Assembly: GCA_963667465.2 (NCBI GenBank)
Contig: CAXXDN010000001.1
Location: forward strand, 960,001 to 1,024,000
DNA length: 64,000 nucleotides
Direction of reading: 5' to 3'
Source: Dehalococcoidia bacterium
Lineage (GTDB): Bacteria; Chloroflexota; Dehalococcoidia; UBA2979
Shown: positions 9,688 through 18,648 of the stretch, in pieces
Layout of the letters: each line of letters opens with the position of its first letter
How positions within the stretch are numbered: the stretch's first letter is position 1
Translations under genes and position numbers: made by a program
Notes under the pieces: generated by a model
The model's database searches: none
Told to the model about the DNA's origin: nothing
What the model saw: the letters and a program-made list of their open reading frames with translations, nothing else

Positions 9688-10403
9688 GAGCCCGCGACCG
9701 CCGCCGCGAGCCGCCGCTCGAGGGCGAGCCCGGCCGCGAGCGGCTGGTCGAGGCCGTCGCGGACCGCGCGTTTGGCCGCGCGCAGCGCCGCCGGATCGCG
9801 ATCGGCGAGCGCCCGCGCCCACTCGCGCGCCGCCGCGTCGAGCTCCTCGCGCGGCACGACGCGCTGGACGAAGCCGAGGTTGTAGGCCTCGCGGGCGCTG
9901 ATCGGTTCGCCGCTGGTGGCCATGCGCAGCGCCTCGCTGGAGGCGATGTGGCGGGGGACGGTCTGCGTGCCCCCGGCGGAGGGGATGTAGCCGAGCGTCA
10001 CCTCCGGAATCGCGAAGCGGGCGTCCGCGGAGGCGACGCGCAGGTCGCAGTAGAGCGAGAGCTCGAGGCCCGCGCCGTAGGCAAAGCCCTGGATCGCGGC
10101 GATCAGCGGCAGGTCGAGGCTCGCCATCAGGCCCCAGAGATCGCGACGCACGCGCGCGTCGCGCGCCTCCAGGTAGGAGGGCGCGGTGCCGAACTCGGTG
10201 ATGTCGGCGCCGGCGCTGAATGCGCGATCGCCGGCGCCGCGGAAGACGGCGGCGCGGACGGAAGGGTCGTCACGCAGCAGTTCGAGCTGCATCCACAGCT
10301 CATCGCGCAACTCCAGGTGGATCGCGTTGAGCCGCTCCGGGCGGTTGAGCGTGAGCCAGACGATGTCGCCCTCGCGCTCGGCGAGGACGAAGGGGCCGCT
10401 CAC
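9684..10403 (-). CDS. Enoyl-CoA hydratase/isomerase
   Basis: LNRPERLNA, FSAGAD, GAGLE, PEVTLG (both catalytic Glu present). Confidence 0.92.
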   Translation of the reverse strand: MSGPFVLAEREGDIVWLTLNRPERLNAIHLELRDELWMQLELLRDDPSVRAAVFRGAGDRAFSAGADITEFGTAPSYLEARDARVRRDLWGLMASLDLPLIAAIQGFAYGAGLELSLYCDLRVASADARFAIPEVTLGYIPSAGGTQTVPRHIASSEALRMATSGEPISAREAYNLGFVQRVVPREELDAAAREWARALADRDPAALRAAKRAVRDGLDQPLAAGLALERRLAAAVAGS

Positions 10404-10458
10404 GGGGCGGCCTCGCGAGATCCGTGCGCGGGCTTGCCCATGTCGGCTTCGCTGCCGA

Positions 10459-10695
10459 TCAGGCCCAGTCTGGCTTGACGATGCCGGTCCTGAGGCTGCT
10501 GTCGTGCGCGTGCTGCAGCTCGCTGTTGACCTTCTCCGTCAGCAGCTTCATCTCCGGGGAGGTGGCCGTCACCCGGTCGTTGCGCCAGCGCCGGAGCGTC
10601 GCCGCGTCCTTGCGGCTCAGTCCGGCCTCGTCGATCCCGTTGAGGATCGCGCCCGCCATCACCAGGACCTCGTCGATCGAGAGTTCTACCTTCAT
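10459..10695 (-). CDS. Small hypothetical protein (78 aa)
   Basis: MKVELSIDEV...; ATGA overlap with the upstream small gene; similar to it. Confidence 0.7.
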   Translation of the reverse strand: MKVELSIDEVLVMAGAILNGIDEAGLSRKDAATLRRWRNDRVTATSPEMKLLTEKVNSELQHAHDSSLRTGIVKPDWA

Positions 10696-10961
10696 GCTCG
10701 CGCCCGCTCCTCCGCCGTGCCGCGGGTCACGCGCCCGCGCTTGACGTAACGCCGTGTGGTTGACTCCTCGATGAAGGTCATCAGCGCCTCGTTGAAGTCG
10801 TCCGCGAAGTCCTCCAGGCCCTCGCGGCCGGGCACCCGCTCCGTGCGCCACGTGCGAATGGCGTCCTTGCCCTCGTCGCTCAACTCGACTCCGTCGAGGA
10901 TCTGCGCGGTGAACAGCGAGACCACCGTCGCCACCTCGTTCGGATTGAGGATGATGTTCAT
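10692..10961 (-). CDS. Small hypothetical protein (89 aa)
   Basis: MNIILNPNEV... preceded by a GGAGG RBS. Confidence 0.72.
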   Translation of the reverse strand: MNIILNPNEVATVVSLFTAQILDGVELSDEGKDAIRTWRTERVPGREGLEDFADDFNEALMTFIEESTTRRYVKRGRVTRGTAEERARA

Positions 10962-11111
10962 CTTCCCTCCGTCTCCGTCGTGTTCGCCGCGCATCGGACC
11001 CTGTCTCGATGCGCCCTCTGATTGATTGGTCGCCGCGGAGAGCCGCGGGCGCAGCGGTACACTTTACCGCGCGTGCGGCGCTCGGTCGCGTCCGGCTCCG
11101 ATTGCGCCGAT

Positions 11112-11876
11112 TCAGCGTCCCTCGAACTGCGGGTCGCGCCGCTCCACGAAGGCGCGCACGCCCTCGGCGCGGTCCTCCGTCGTCTGCAGCAGCACGGTCA
11201 GTTCGAGTTCGAGGTTCAACCCCTGATCCAGCGAGAGATCCATGCCGCGCCGGATCGCCTCCTTGGCGAAGCGCGTCGCCAGCGGGCCGCGCGCCGCGAT
11301 CGTACGCGCGATCTCGTTCGACGCCTCGATCTCCCCGCCGTCCGCCACCACCGAGGAGACGAGGCCGATGCGCTTCGCCTCGGCGGCGTCGATCGCCTCG
11401 CCGGTGAGCAGCAGGCGCAGCGCCTGCGCGCGGCCGACGGCGCGCGGGAGGCGCTGCGTGCCGCCGCCGTGCGGGATCCGCCCGGCGCCCGTCTCCGGGA
11501 GCGCGAAGCTCGCGCCCTCAGCGGCCACGCGGATGTCGCAGGCGAGCGCCAGCTCGAGGCCGGCCGAGTGCGCGCGCCCGCCGATCGCGGCGACGAGCGG
11601 CTGCGGCAGCGCTGCCAGCGCGTCGAAGGCAGCGCCCGCCGGGGCGATCAGCGCTGCCACGCCCGCGGAGGCGGCGAGCGCGTCCGTGCTCCAGCCCGCG
11701 CCGAAGTCCGGCCCCACGCTCGCCACGACCACGGCGCTGATCTCCGGGTGGCGCGCCTCCAGCTCCGCGGTCGCGGCCGCGATTCCGTCGAGCAGCGCGC
11801 GGTCGTAGCCGCCCTCGGGCGGGTCGATGGTCAGCGTGGCGACGGAGCCGGCGAAGGAGAGGGCAGTCAGCGACAT
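11112..11876 (-). CDS. Enoyl-CoA hydratase/isomerase
   Basis: AGLELALACD, FALPE, GGGTQRLPR, EGVRAFVERR.P.FEGR. Confidence 0.9.
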   Translation of the reverse strand: MSLTALSFAGSVATLTIDPPEGGYDRALLDGIAAATAELEARHPEISAVVVASVGPDFGAGWSTDALAASAGVAALIAPAGAAFDALAALPQPLVAAIGGRAHSAGLELALACDIRVAAEGASFALPETGAGRIPHGGGTQRLPRAVGRAQALRLLLTGEAIDAAEAKRIGLVSSVVADGGEIEASNEIARTIAARGPLATRFAKEAIRRGMDLSLDQGLNLELELTVLLQTTEDRAEGVRAFVERRDPQFEGR

Positions 11877-12031
11877 GCCACCTCGGGGGCGAGCAGCGGG
11901 TGTGTGGGCTCGTGGATGCCTGTAGATCGCTGCGAGGGCCTCATTGGAGCAGTGTACCCCGCCCCGCCCCGCCGGGCCGCTGGACGGCGCACCCCCTGGC
12001 TGCGATCCTCGGCGGCGAGGGGAAAGGCGCG

Positions 12032-12790
12032 ATGGACCTCGAACTGGCCGGGCGCTCCGTGATCGTTACCGGCGCAAGCCGCGGCATCGGCCTTTCGATC
12101 GCCGGGGCGTTCGCCGCCGAGGGTGCACGTGTCACGATCTGCGCTCGCGGCGCCGAGGGCGTCGAGGCCGCCGCTGAGAGCCTGCGCGCCGCCGGCGCCG
12201 AGGCGCAGGGCGTCGCCGCCGACGTAACCCGTGACGAGGAATGCGCGCGTGTCGTGGAGGCGGCCGTGGCCGCTTACGGGGGCGTCGACGCGCTCGTCAA
12301 CAACGCCGGCGGCTCCATCCGCGAGGGTGATGTCGAGGGCCGGATGCGCGCCTCGCTGGACGCGAACCTGCTTTCCGCGCGGCTGATGTCGGAGCAGGCG
12401 CGCCCACACCTGGCCGCCGCCGGCGGCGCGATCGTCAACATCTCCTCGATCTTCGGGCGCGAGAGCGGCGGAGCCGTCGAGTACAACGCCTCCAAGGCCG
12501 CGCAGATCGCGATGTCCAAGGCGCTCGCCCGCGAGTGGATCGGCGAGGGCATCCGTGTCAACAGCGTCGCGCCCGGCTCGATCGCCTTTGAGGGTGGCTC
12601 CTGGGGCAACCGGCTGCGCGACGACCCCGAGGGCATGCGCGTCTTCGTCGAGCAGGAGATTCCCGGCGGCCGCTTCGGGCGTCCCGAGGAAGTCGCGGCG
12701 CTCGTCGTGTTTCTCGCCTCGCCGCGAGCCTCGTGGGTGGTGGGGGCGACGCTGAACGTTGATGGCGGCCAGTCACGCTCTAACATCTAG
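12032..12790 (+). CDS. SDR family oxidoreductase
   Basis: Start MDLELAG; TGASRGIG, NNAG, YNASK, VDGG. Confidence 0.92.
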   Translation: MDLELAGRSVIVTGASRGIGLSIAGAFAAEGARVTICARGAEGVEAAAESLRAAGAEAQGVAADVTRDEECARVVEAAVAAYGGVDALVNNAGGSIREGDVEGRMRASLDANLLSARLMSEQARPHLAAAGGAIVNISSIFGRESGGAVEYNASKAAQIAMSKALAREWIGEGIRVNSVAPGSIAFEGGSWGNRLRDDPEGMRVFVEQEIPGGRFGRPEEVAALVVFLASPRASWVVGATLNVDGGQSRSNI

Positions 12791-12814
12791 GCGGACGGCG
12801 CAGGAGGGCGCTCG

Positions 12815-13237
12815 ATGCGATTCTCACGATCTGACTTGCCCGGCATCGCGATCGCCCTGGTCGCCGGGCCGGCGCTGATGCTGCTCTTCCTCGCCGCGAG
12901 CGAGACCTGGGGGCACAAGGGCACGCCGCTGCTTGGCTTCATGGCGGGAAACCTCGGCCTCGCCGCCGGCCTCGCGGCGCTGTTCTCGCGCTTCATCCTC
13001 AAGTGGGACGTGCCGCTCAGCGCGGTCCTCGCGATTCTCGCCGTTGTCGGCGCGGTGAAGTGGCTGCAGATCAGCGGCAACGACGGCACGAGGCTGGCCA
13101 CGGGCGTGAAGTGGGCCGGCGTGATCGCCTTCGTCGTGCTCAACGTCGCTGTGCTCTGGCAGCTCGTGACCAACGGCCTGGTCCCGCTGCTCGACCGCTT
13201 CGACGAGTGGCGGGCGCGGCGGGCCGCCGAGCGCTGA
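12815..13237 (+). CDS. Hypothetical membrane protein (about 4 TM helices)
   Basis: Hydrophobic segments, GGAGG-like RBS, typical codon usage. Confidence 0.7.
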   Translation: MRFSRSDLPGIAIALVAGPALMLLFLAASETWGHKGTPLLGFMAGNLGLAAGLAALFSRFILKWDVPLSAVLAILAVVGAVKWLQISGNDGTRLATGVKWAGVIAFVVLNVAVLWQLVTNGLVPLLDRFDEWRARRAAER

Positions 13238-13262
13238 CGCCCATCACCCGCCTGCGACTCCC

Positions 13263-14261
13263 GTGAGCGACGACGCACCCACCGACGCCGACGCCGCGGC
13301 GGCGCGCGCCCGCGCCGTCACGACCTCGCTCGTCGCGGCCTGGATGGGCGAGCGCTACTACCGCACGTTTCGGCCGATGGACCCCGGCGAGAGCGCCTTC
13401 GACGCGCTGTTCCAGCAGCGCGATCGCCGCATCGGCGTCAGCTGCGGCCTGCTCTGGGACGGCGGCGGGCCGCCCGGCGCGACGGATCTTGCTTCGCTGA
13501 TCGAGGACGACCTCGAGGGCGACGAGGGCGGCTACGTGGTCTGGATCCCGCCCGGAGGCGAGCTGCCTCCCGCCGAACCGAAGCAGTCCGCGCTACGCCT
13601 CGCGCTCGCACGCGCGCTCGGCGGCCTCGAACCGGGCGAGCGGCGCGAGGTGCGGCTACCCGTGACGCTGCCGCTGGCGAAGGTGGACGCCGAGGGCGCC
13701 TACATGTCCGTCAGCGGACCGCTCGCCAGCGAGTGGACGACGCTCTCCGAAGGCATCGGAGGCGCGTTCCACCTCGATGGCCGCTCGCTGCGGCGGCTGC
13801 CCGAGGAGCGCGCCGAGCTGGAGATCGTGCTGGCGCAGATCCGCGACCGCGCGGCGTTGCTGGAGCAGGGCGAGGTGACGGCGGTGGACGCGCACGACTA
13901 CTGGCTCGTCTCACGCCTCCCCGCGGACGAGCCTCGAGGCGTCACGGTGTTCGGCGCACCGCCGGCATTCGACGCTGGCGACGGCGCCTGGGTGCGCCGC
14001 GGCCTGCGCGCGCACCTGCGCCGCGCCGTCGCGCAGCGTGAGGCCGCCGAGGCTGCAGGCGAGGCGATCGAGCTGAGCGTGCTTGCACTCGGTGCGTCGT
14101 TGGCGCACATCGGCGAGGAGATGGCAACGGCGGCGCTGCGCGGGATGAGTCCGGCCACCTACGGCGGGGTCGACCTCGTGGCGCTGGTTGCGGACGGCCA
14201 GGTGCGGCAGTTGCTGCAGCCGCGCTCGCTGCCCTGGGCCCCGCCGCCGCCGGGGCGCTGA
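13263..14261 (+). CDS. Hypothetical protein with internal duplication
   Basis: 332 aa ORF with GC3-rich codons; two similar internal segments. Confidence 0.7.
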   Translation: MSDDAPTDADAAAARARAVTTSLVAAWMGERYYRTFRPMDPGESAFDALFQQRDRRIGVSCGLLWDGGGPPGATDLASLIEDDLEGDEGGYVVWIPPGGELPPAEPKQSALRLALARALGGLEPGERREVRLPVTLPLAKVDAEGAYMSVSGPLASEWTTLSEGIGGAFHLDGRSLRRLPEERAELEIVLAQIRDRAALLEQGEVTAVDAHDYWLVSRLPADEPRGVTVFGAPPAFDAGDGAWVRRGLRAHLRRAVAQREAAEAAGEAIELSVLALGASLAHIGEEMATAALRGMSPATYGGVDLVALVADGQVRQLLQPRSLPWAPPPPGR

Positions 14262-14264
14262 GCG

Positions 14265-14852
14265 CTACGCGCGAACCACGAATGTCCCGGAGAGCTTGTC
14301 GTGCCAGGCCTGGGCGTAGCCCTCGGCGAGCGGGCGCTCGGCGTCCGAATCCCAGGCCGCCCAGGCGTAGCTGAAGCCGAAGGTGAGCGGGACCAGCAGC
14401 GACGCAACGGTGCGCGAGAAGCCGCGCATCGCGCCGGGCGGGGCGCCCTCGGCGGTTACGATCCGCACGCGCAGCATCTGCTTGCCGGGGGAGAACCCCG
14501 CGCTGTTCCAGATCCAGAAGTAGAAGAACGGCGCGACCAGCGAGATCAGCCCGGTTGCCTGGAAGATCCGCTCCTCGCGGGTGCCGGGGGCGGGCTCCTC
14601 GCCGACGCCGGCCATCGCCAGCGCGACGCTCGTCAGCACGAGCACGATGCCCCAGGCGAGCGCCTGGTCGATCGCGAAGCAGCTCAATCGCCGCCGTAGC
14701 GAGCAGGGCGCCAGCAGTTCCGTTCGCGCGGCGAGGATGCTCGCTGCAGCGGCGGCCGGGCGCTCGGCGGCGTCGCCTCGCCAGCTCGGTCCCGGCCGTC
14801 CGATCGGGTCGGCGATGCCCAGGCGATCGGCGCCCGTTGCCTCGCTGCTCAC
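14265..14852 (-). CDS. RDD family membrane protein
   Basis: RRLSCFAID, SPGKQMLRVRIV, QAWHDKLSGTFVV; GTG start overlapping the upstream stop. Confidence 0.85.
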   Translation of the reverse strand: MSSEATGADRLGIADPIGRPGPSWRGDAAERPAAAAASILAARTELLAPCSLRRRLSCFAIDQALAWGIVLVLTSVALAMAGVGEEPAPGTREERIFQATGLISLVAPFFYFWIWNSAGFSPGKQMLRVRIVTAEGAPPGAMRGFSRTVASLLVPLTFGFSYAWAAWDSDAERPLAEGYAQAWHDKLSGTFVVRA

Positions 14853-15478
14853 GATGCCGCACCGTCCGCGCCGGATCGCAGCCGGGCGAGCAACTGTTGC
14901 GGCTCCGCCTCGTCGAGCCACGCGACGGCGACTCCGCTCTCCGCCCACTCCGCCGCCAGTCCCTCGCACAGTCCCACGACGGCGGCGCGGGCCGCGCGCA
15001 GCGGCGCTTCGGAGCGCGCCTCCGGCTCCGGCGGCAGCACCGCCGCGATCAACCCCGTGTGGCGCGAGACCATCGAGGGCCCGACCGCGCGCGCCAGTAC
15101 GAACGCGGGCGTCGCGCCCGCCTCGATCGCCGCGCTCCAGTCGCCGGGCGCGCCGTCCGCTGCCGAGGGCGGCGGCGCGTCGAAGGCGAGGCTGACGAGC
15201 AGGTCGATCGGCGCGAGCTCCTCCTCCAGTTGCACGAACGCAGCGACGACCGCTTCGAGGTCCGTCAGGTCCACTCGCAGCGCCCGCCCCTCGCGCCCGT
15301 GGCTCCAGCACTCGTTGAGGATCGAGTTCGCTGTTACCTCCTCGGCGAGGTCGTCATGCCGCGTGGTGACGGAGACGTTGGCGCCCGCCGCCGCGAGCCC
15401 GGTTGCGAGGTCGCGGCCGAGCCCCTCGGCGACCCCGGCGACGAGGGCGTGCCGCCCGGCGAGGTCGTTGCCGCTCAC
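14849..15478 (-). CDS. SDR-fold protein lacking YxxxK
   Basis: LAGRHALVAGVAEGLG Rossmann start; LRAAR at the catalytic position; EWAESGV. Confidence 0.75.
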   Translation of the reverse strand: MSGNDLAGRHALVAGVAEGLGRDLATGLAAAGANVSVTTRHDDLAEEVTANSILNECWSHGREGRALRVDLTDLEAVVAAFVQLEEELAPIDLLVSLAFDAPPPSAADGAPGDWSAAIEAGATPAFVLARAVGPSMVSRHTGLIAAVLPPEPEARSEAPLRAARAAVVGLCEGLAAEWAESGVAVAWLDEAEPQQLLARLRSGADGAAS

Positions 15479-16293
15479 GATGCGCCGCTTCCACCGGTAG
15501 CCGCCGGGGTGGCGAGCGCGGCGGCGTCGAGGGCGGAGAAGATTCGCCCGTGTATGGCCCTGGGCGGGGCCGTGGCGAGGGCGCAAGCGAGCCGGCCGAG
15601 CGCCTGGGCCTCGGCGGCGTCGGTTTCCGCCAGCGCCTCGCGCAGGTCTGCCGCCGTGGCGTCGGCGTCCTCTGGCAGGCTCGCGCCGCGCAGCAGGCCG
15701 GCGGCGGCGACCTCGCCGCCCGCGTGCTCGAGCGCGAGCGAGCGCAGCAGCCCGAGCGCCGCGGCGGCCGCCATCGAGGTGGCGACGGCGCCCTCGGCGG
15801 CGCGCTCCCCGAGGGCGTGCGTGACGAGGATGAAGGCGCGCGGGCCGTCGCTCTGTCGCTGGAACTCGCCGAAGGCGGAACGTGCGGCGTAGGCGTGCGC
15901 GTAGCCGTTGAGCGTCATCGTCTGCGCGAGCTGCGCGTCCGAGGTCTGCGCGAGCGACGCGAGGAACGCCTCGTCCGGCGCGCTGACCACGAGGTCGAGG
16001 CCGCCCAGTTCCTTCGCGACCTGGCGCGTGGTGACTTGCACGTTGCGGCCGAGCGTCACGTCCATCGCGTAGGTCAGCGCCTGGCGGCCGCGATCACGCA
16101 GCTCGCGCTGCAGCCTGCGCGCGACCAGGACGCCCTCGTCCGGGCGCAGCACCGCCAGCGCCACGTCCGCGCCCGCCTCGCCGAGGGCGCGGGCGATCGC
16201 CCGGCCGGTTGTGGTTTCGGCGCCGATCACCAGCGCGCGGCGGCCGATCAGGCCGTCCGCGTCCGGCATCGCAAGGCTGTCGAGGTCGCTCAT
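15475..16293 (-). CDS. SDR-fold protein lacking YxxxK
   Basis: LIGRRALVIGAETTTG, LGGLDLVV; TSMAA at the catalytic position. Confidence 0.75.
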   Translation of the reverse strand: MSDLDSLAMPDADGLIGRRALVIGAETTTGRAIARALGEAGADVALAVLRPDEGVLVARRLQRELRDRGRQALTYAMDVTLGRNVQVTTRQVAKELGGLDLVVSAPDEAFLASLAQTSDAQLAQTMTLNGYAHAYAARSAFGEFQRQSDGPRAFILVTHALGERAAEGAVATSMAAAAALGLLRSLALEHAGGEVAAAGLLRGASLPEDADATAADLREALAETDAAEAQALGRLACALATAPPRAIHGRIFSALDAAALATPAATGGSGAS

Positions 16294-16341
16294 CGATTCC
16301 CCCGCCGTCGTGCGGTCGCGCGCCGATGGTAGCCCGCGGCG

Positions 16342-17166
16342 CTACAGCACGCCCGTGGCGACGGCGGCGAGCACCGCGATACCGGCCGCGAGGCGATACC
16401 AGACGAAGACGGCGAGGCTGTGACGGCGCACGAAGGCGAGCAGCCAGCGGATCACCACCATCCCGGCAAGCGCGGCGACCAGCGCCCCGAACAGCAGCGG
16501 GCCCCAGGCGATCTCCTCGCCGCCGAGGATCGCCTCGCCCAGCAGCGCGACGGCCGCGCCGACCACCACCGGCGCGGAGAGCAGGAACGAGAAGCGCGTC
16601 GCCGCCTCGCGGCGCAGCCCGAGCGCTCGCCCGGCCGCGATCGTCGCGCCGGACCGCGAGACGCCCGGCACGAGCGCCGTCGCCTGCGCCACGCCGATCA
16701 GCAGCGCCCCCGGCGCGCCGAGGTCGCGCAGCCCTCGTGACTGCGCCGCCCGATCGAGCGCCCAGATCACCAGGCCGACGGCGATCAGCATGACGCCGAC
16801 CAGCAGCGGCTCGCGCAGTCCGTCCTCGAGCGTGAGGGCGAAGGCGGCGCCGATGGCGAACGCCGGCACGGAGCCGAGCGCGATCAGCAGCGCGAGCCGC
16901 GAGCGCGGACGCCAGCGCCCGACGCTGCCTCCGTGCGCGCCGAGGTCACGCCAGAGGCTCGCGCCGAACAGCACCCAGTCGCGGCGGAAGTAGAGCAGCA
17001 CGGCGAGCGTCGTGCCGAGGTGCAGGCCGACATCGAAGGTCAGGTCGTTGAGCTCGTCGCCGAACAGCTCGGAGGCCACCACGAGGTGGCCCGAGGAGGA
17101 GATCGGCAGGAACTCGGTCAGCGCCTGCACGAGGCCGAGCAGCGCAGCCCTCAGGTATTCGTCCAC
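16342..17166 (-). CDS. uppP: Undecaprenyl-diphosphate phosphatase
   Basis: VQALTEFLPISSSGHL, HLGT, PGVSRSGATI, FSFLLS.P. Confidence 0.95.
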   Translation of the reverse strand: MDEYLRAALLGLVQALTEFLPISSSGHLVVASELFGDELNDLTFDVGLHLGTTLAVLLYFRRDWVLFGASLWRDLGAHGGSVGRWRPRSRLALLIALGSVPAFAIGAAFALTLEDGLREPLLVGVMLIAVGLVIWALDRAAQSRGLRDLGAPGALLIGVAQATALVPGVSRSGATIAAGRALGLRREAATRFSFLLSAPVVVGAAVALLGEAILGGEEIAWGPLLFGALVAALAGMVVIRWLLAFVRRHSLAVFVWYRLAAGIAVLAAVATGVL

Positions 17167-17172
17167 CGATCG

Positions 17173-17178
17173 AGGCTA
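17173..17178 (-). promoter_or_regulatory. Putative -10 box (TAGCCT) 6 nt before the uppP GTG, suggesting a leaderless transcript
   Basis: TAnnnT spacing; no SD sequence in between. Confidence 0.35.
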
Positions 17179-17199
17179 GCAGCCCGGCGAGCAAGGGGC

Positions 17200-17277
17200 G
17201 GCGAGCGCCTCTCCCACCTCCGAGGATTCCGGCCCCCTCTCCTGGGGGAGCGGTCGGGGGTGGGGGAGGTGTGCGCC
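17200..17277. repeat. Long imperfect inverted repeat (REP-like stem-loop)
   Basis: cctctcccacctccga (17208-17223) pairs with tcgggggtgggggagg (17254-17269) with 2 G-U pairs; inner ccccc/ggggg hairpin. Confidence 0.6.
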
Positions 17278-17337
17278 GGAGTTCCGAGGGGCAACGAGCG
17301 TTCGCCGCGCGCCGCCTACCCGTCCCGCTCCGCGTAT

Positions 17338-17343
17338 TAGGAT
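17338..17343 (+). promoter_or_regulatory. Putative -10 box (TAGGAT) 6 nt before the larA ATG, suggesting a leaderless transcript
   Basis: TAnnnT spacing; the GGAG is only 2 nt from the ATG, too close for an SD. Confidence 0.35.
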
Positions 17344-17349
17344 GGAGCC

Positions 17350-18648
17350 ATGCCGCGCAACATCCGCCTCGCTTACGGCCGCACGGGCCTCGATGTCGCG
17401 TTTCCGGACGCGGCCGAGGTGATCGCGCCCCACGAGCAGCCGCCGCTCGCCGACCCGCCCGCCGCCGTCCGCGCGGCGCTTCGCGATCCGATCGCCGGGC
17501 CGCCGCTCGCCGACCTCGCCGCGCCCGGCCGGCGGGTGGCGATCGTGACCTCGGATCTGACGAGGCCGGTGCCGAACGAGCTGCTGCTGGACGCGCTGTT
17601 GGAGACGCTCCACGCGGCCGGCGTCGCTGTCGAAGACGTGCTGATCATCAACGGCACGGGGATGCACCGCGGCAACACGGACCAGGAGCTGGCGGAGATG
17701 TACGGCGAGGAGATCGTCCGCCGCTACCGCATCGTCAACCACGACTCGCGCGAGACCTCGGCGCTGCGCCAGATCGCGACGGACCCGCGCGGCGAGCCGG
17801 TGCTGATCCGGCGCGACTACCTCGACGCCGACCTGCGCATCGTCACCGGCTTCATCGAGCCGCACCTCTTCGCAGGCTACTCGGGAGGCGGCAAGGGGGT
17901 GATGCCGGGCATCGCCGGGCGCGAGACGGTGATGTCCAACCACTCAGCCTCGATGGTCGGCCACCCCAACGCGACCTTCGGGATCAGCGAGGGCAACCCG
18001 ATCTTCGAGGAGATGCGCCGCTTCGGCCTGCTCGCCGGGCCGTGCTTCCTGCTCAACGTGACGATGGACGCCGAGCAGCGCGTGACGGGCGTCTTCGCCG
18101 GCGAGCTCGTCGCCGCGCACGACGCCGGCATCGAGCACTGCCGCCGCCAGTCGATCGTCGAGATCGACGAGCCCTACGACATCGTGGTGACGAGCAATGG
18201 CGGCTACCCCGCCGACCTCGACCTCTACCAGTCGGTCAAGGGCATTGCCGTCGCTGCCCGGGCGCTGCGCCCGGGCGGCCACCTGATCCTCGCCGCCGAG
18301 TGCGTCGAGGGCGTCGGCCACGGCGAGTACGGCGCGCTGCTCGCGAGGCACGGCAGCCACCTCGAGTTGCTCGAGGCGATGCGCGGCAGCGCCTGGACGA
18401 CGGTCGAGGAGCAGTGGCAGGCGCAGCTGCAGGCGCTCGCGCAGGAGCGCGGCACGGTCTGGTTGCACTCCTCCCTCGACGAAGCGGGGACGCGCGCGAC
18501 GCACCTGCGCTACTGCACCGATGTCGGCGAGACGGTCGCCGCGCTCGCCTCGGAGATCGAGACGCACGAGGGGCGCCCGGCGAGCATCGGCGTACTGCCG
18601 TACGGGCAGCAGGCGGCGCCGGTGGTGCGCGCGCTGGCGCTCGCGTGA
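17350..18648 (+). CDS. larA: Nickel-pincer-dependent lactate racemase family protein (LarA)
   Basis: SDLTRPVP, GTGMHR, NHD, EPHLFAGYSGGGK, GGYPADLDLYQSVK. Confidence 0.9.
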   Translation: MPRNIRLAYGRTGLDVAFPDAAEVIAPHEQPPLADPPAAVRAALRDPIAGPPLADLAAPGRRVAIVTSDLTRPVPNELLLDALLETLHAAGVAVEDVLIINGTGMHRGNTDQELAEMYGEEIVRRYRIVNHDSRETSALRQIATDPRGEPVLIRRDYLDADLRIVTGFIEPHLFAGYSGGGKGVMPGIAGRETVMSNHSASMVGHPNATFGISEGNPIFEEMRRFGLLAGPCFLLNVTMDAEQRVTGVFAGELVAAHDAGIEHCRRQSIVEIDEPYDIVVTSNGGYPADLDLYQSVKGIAVAARALRPGGHLILAAECVEGVGHGEYGALLARHGSHLELLEAMRGSAWTTVEEQWQAQLQALAQERGTVWLHSSLDEAGTRATHLRYCTDVGETVAALASEIETHEGRPASIGVLPYGQQAAPVVRALALA

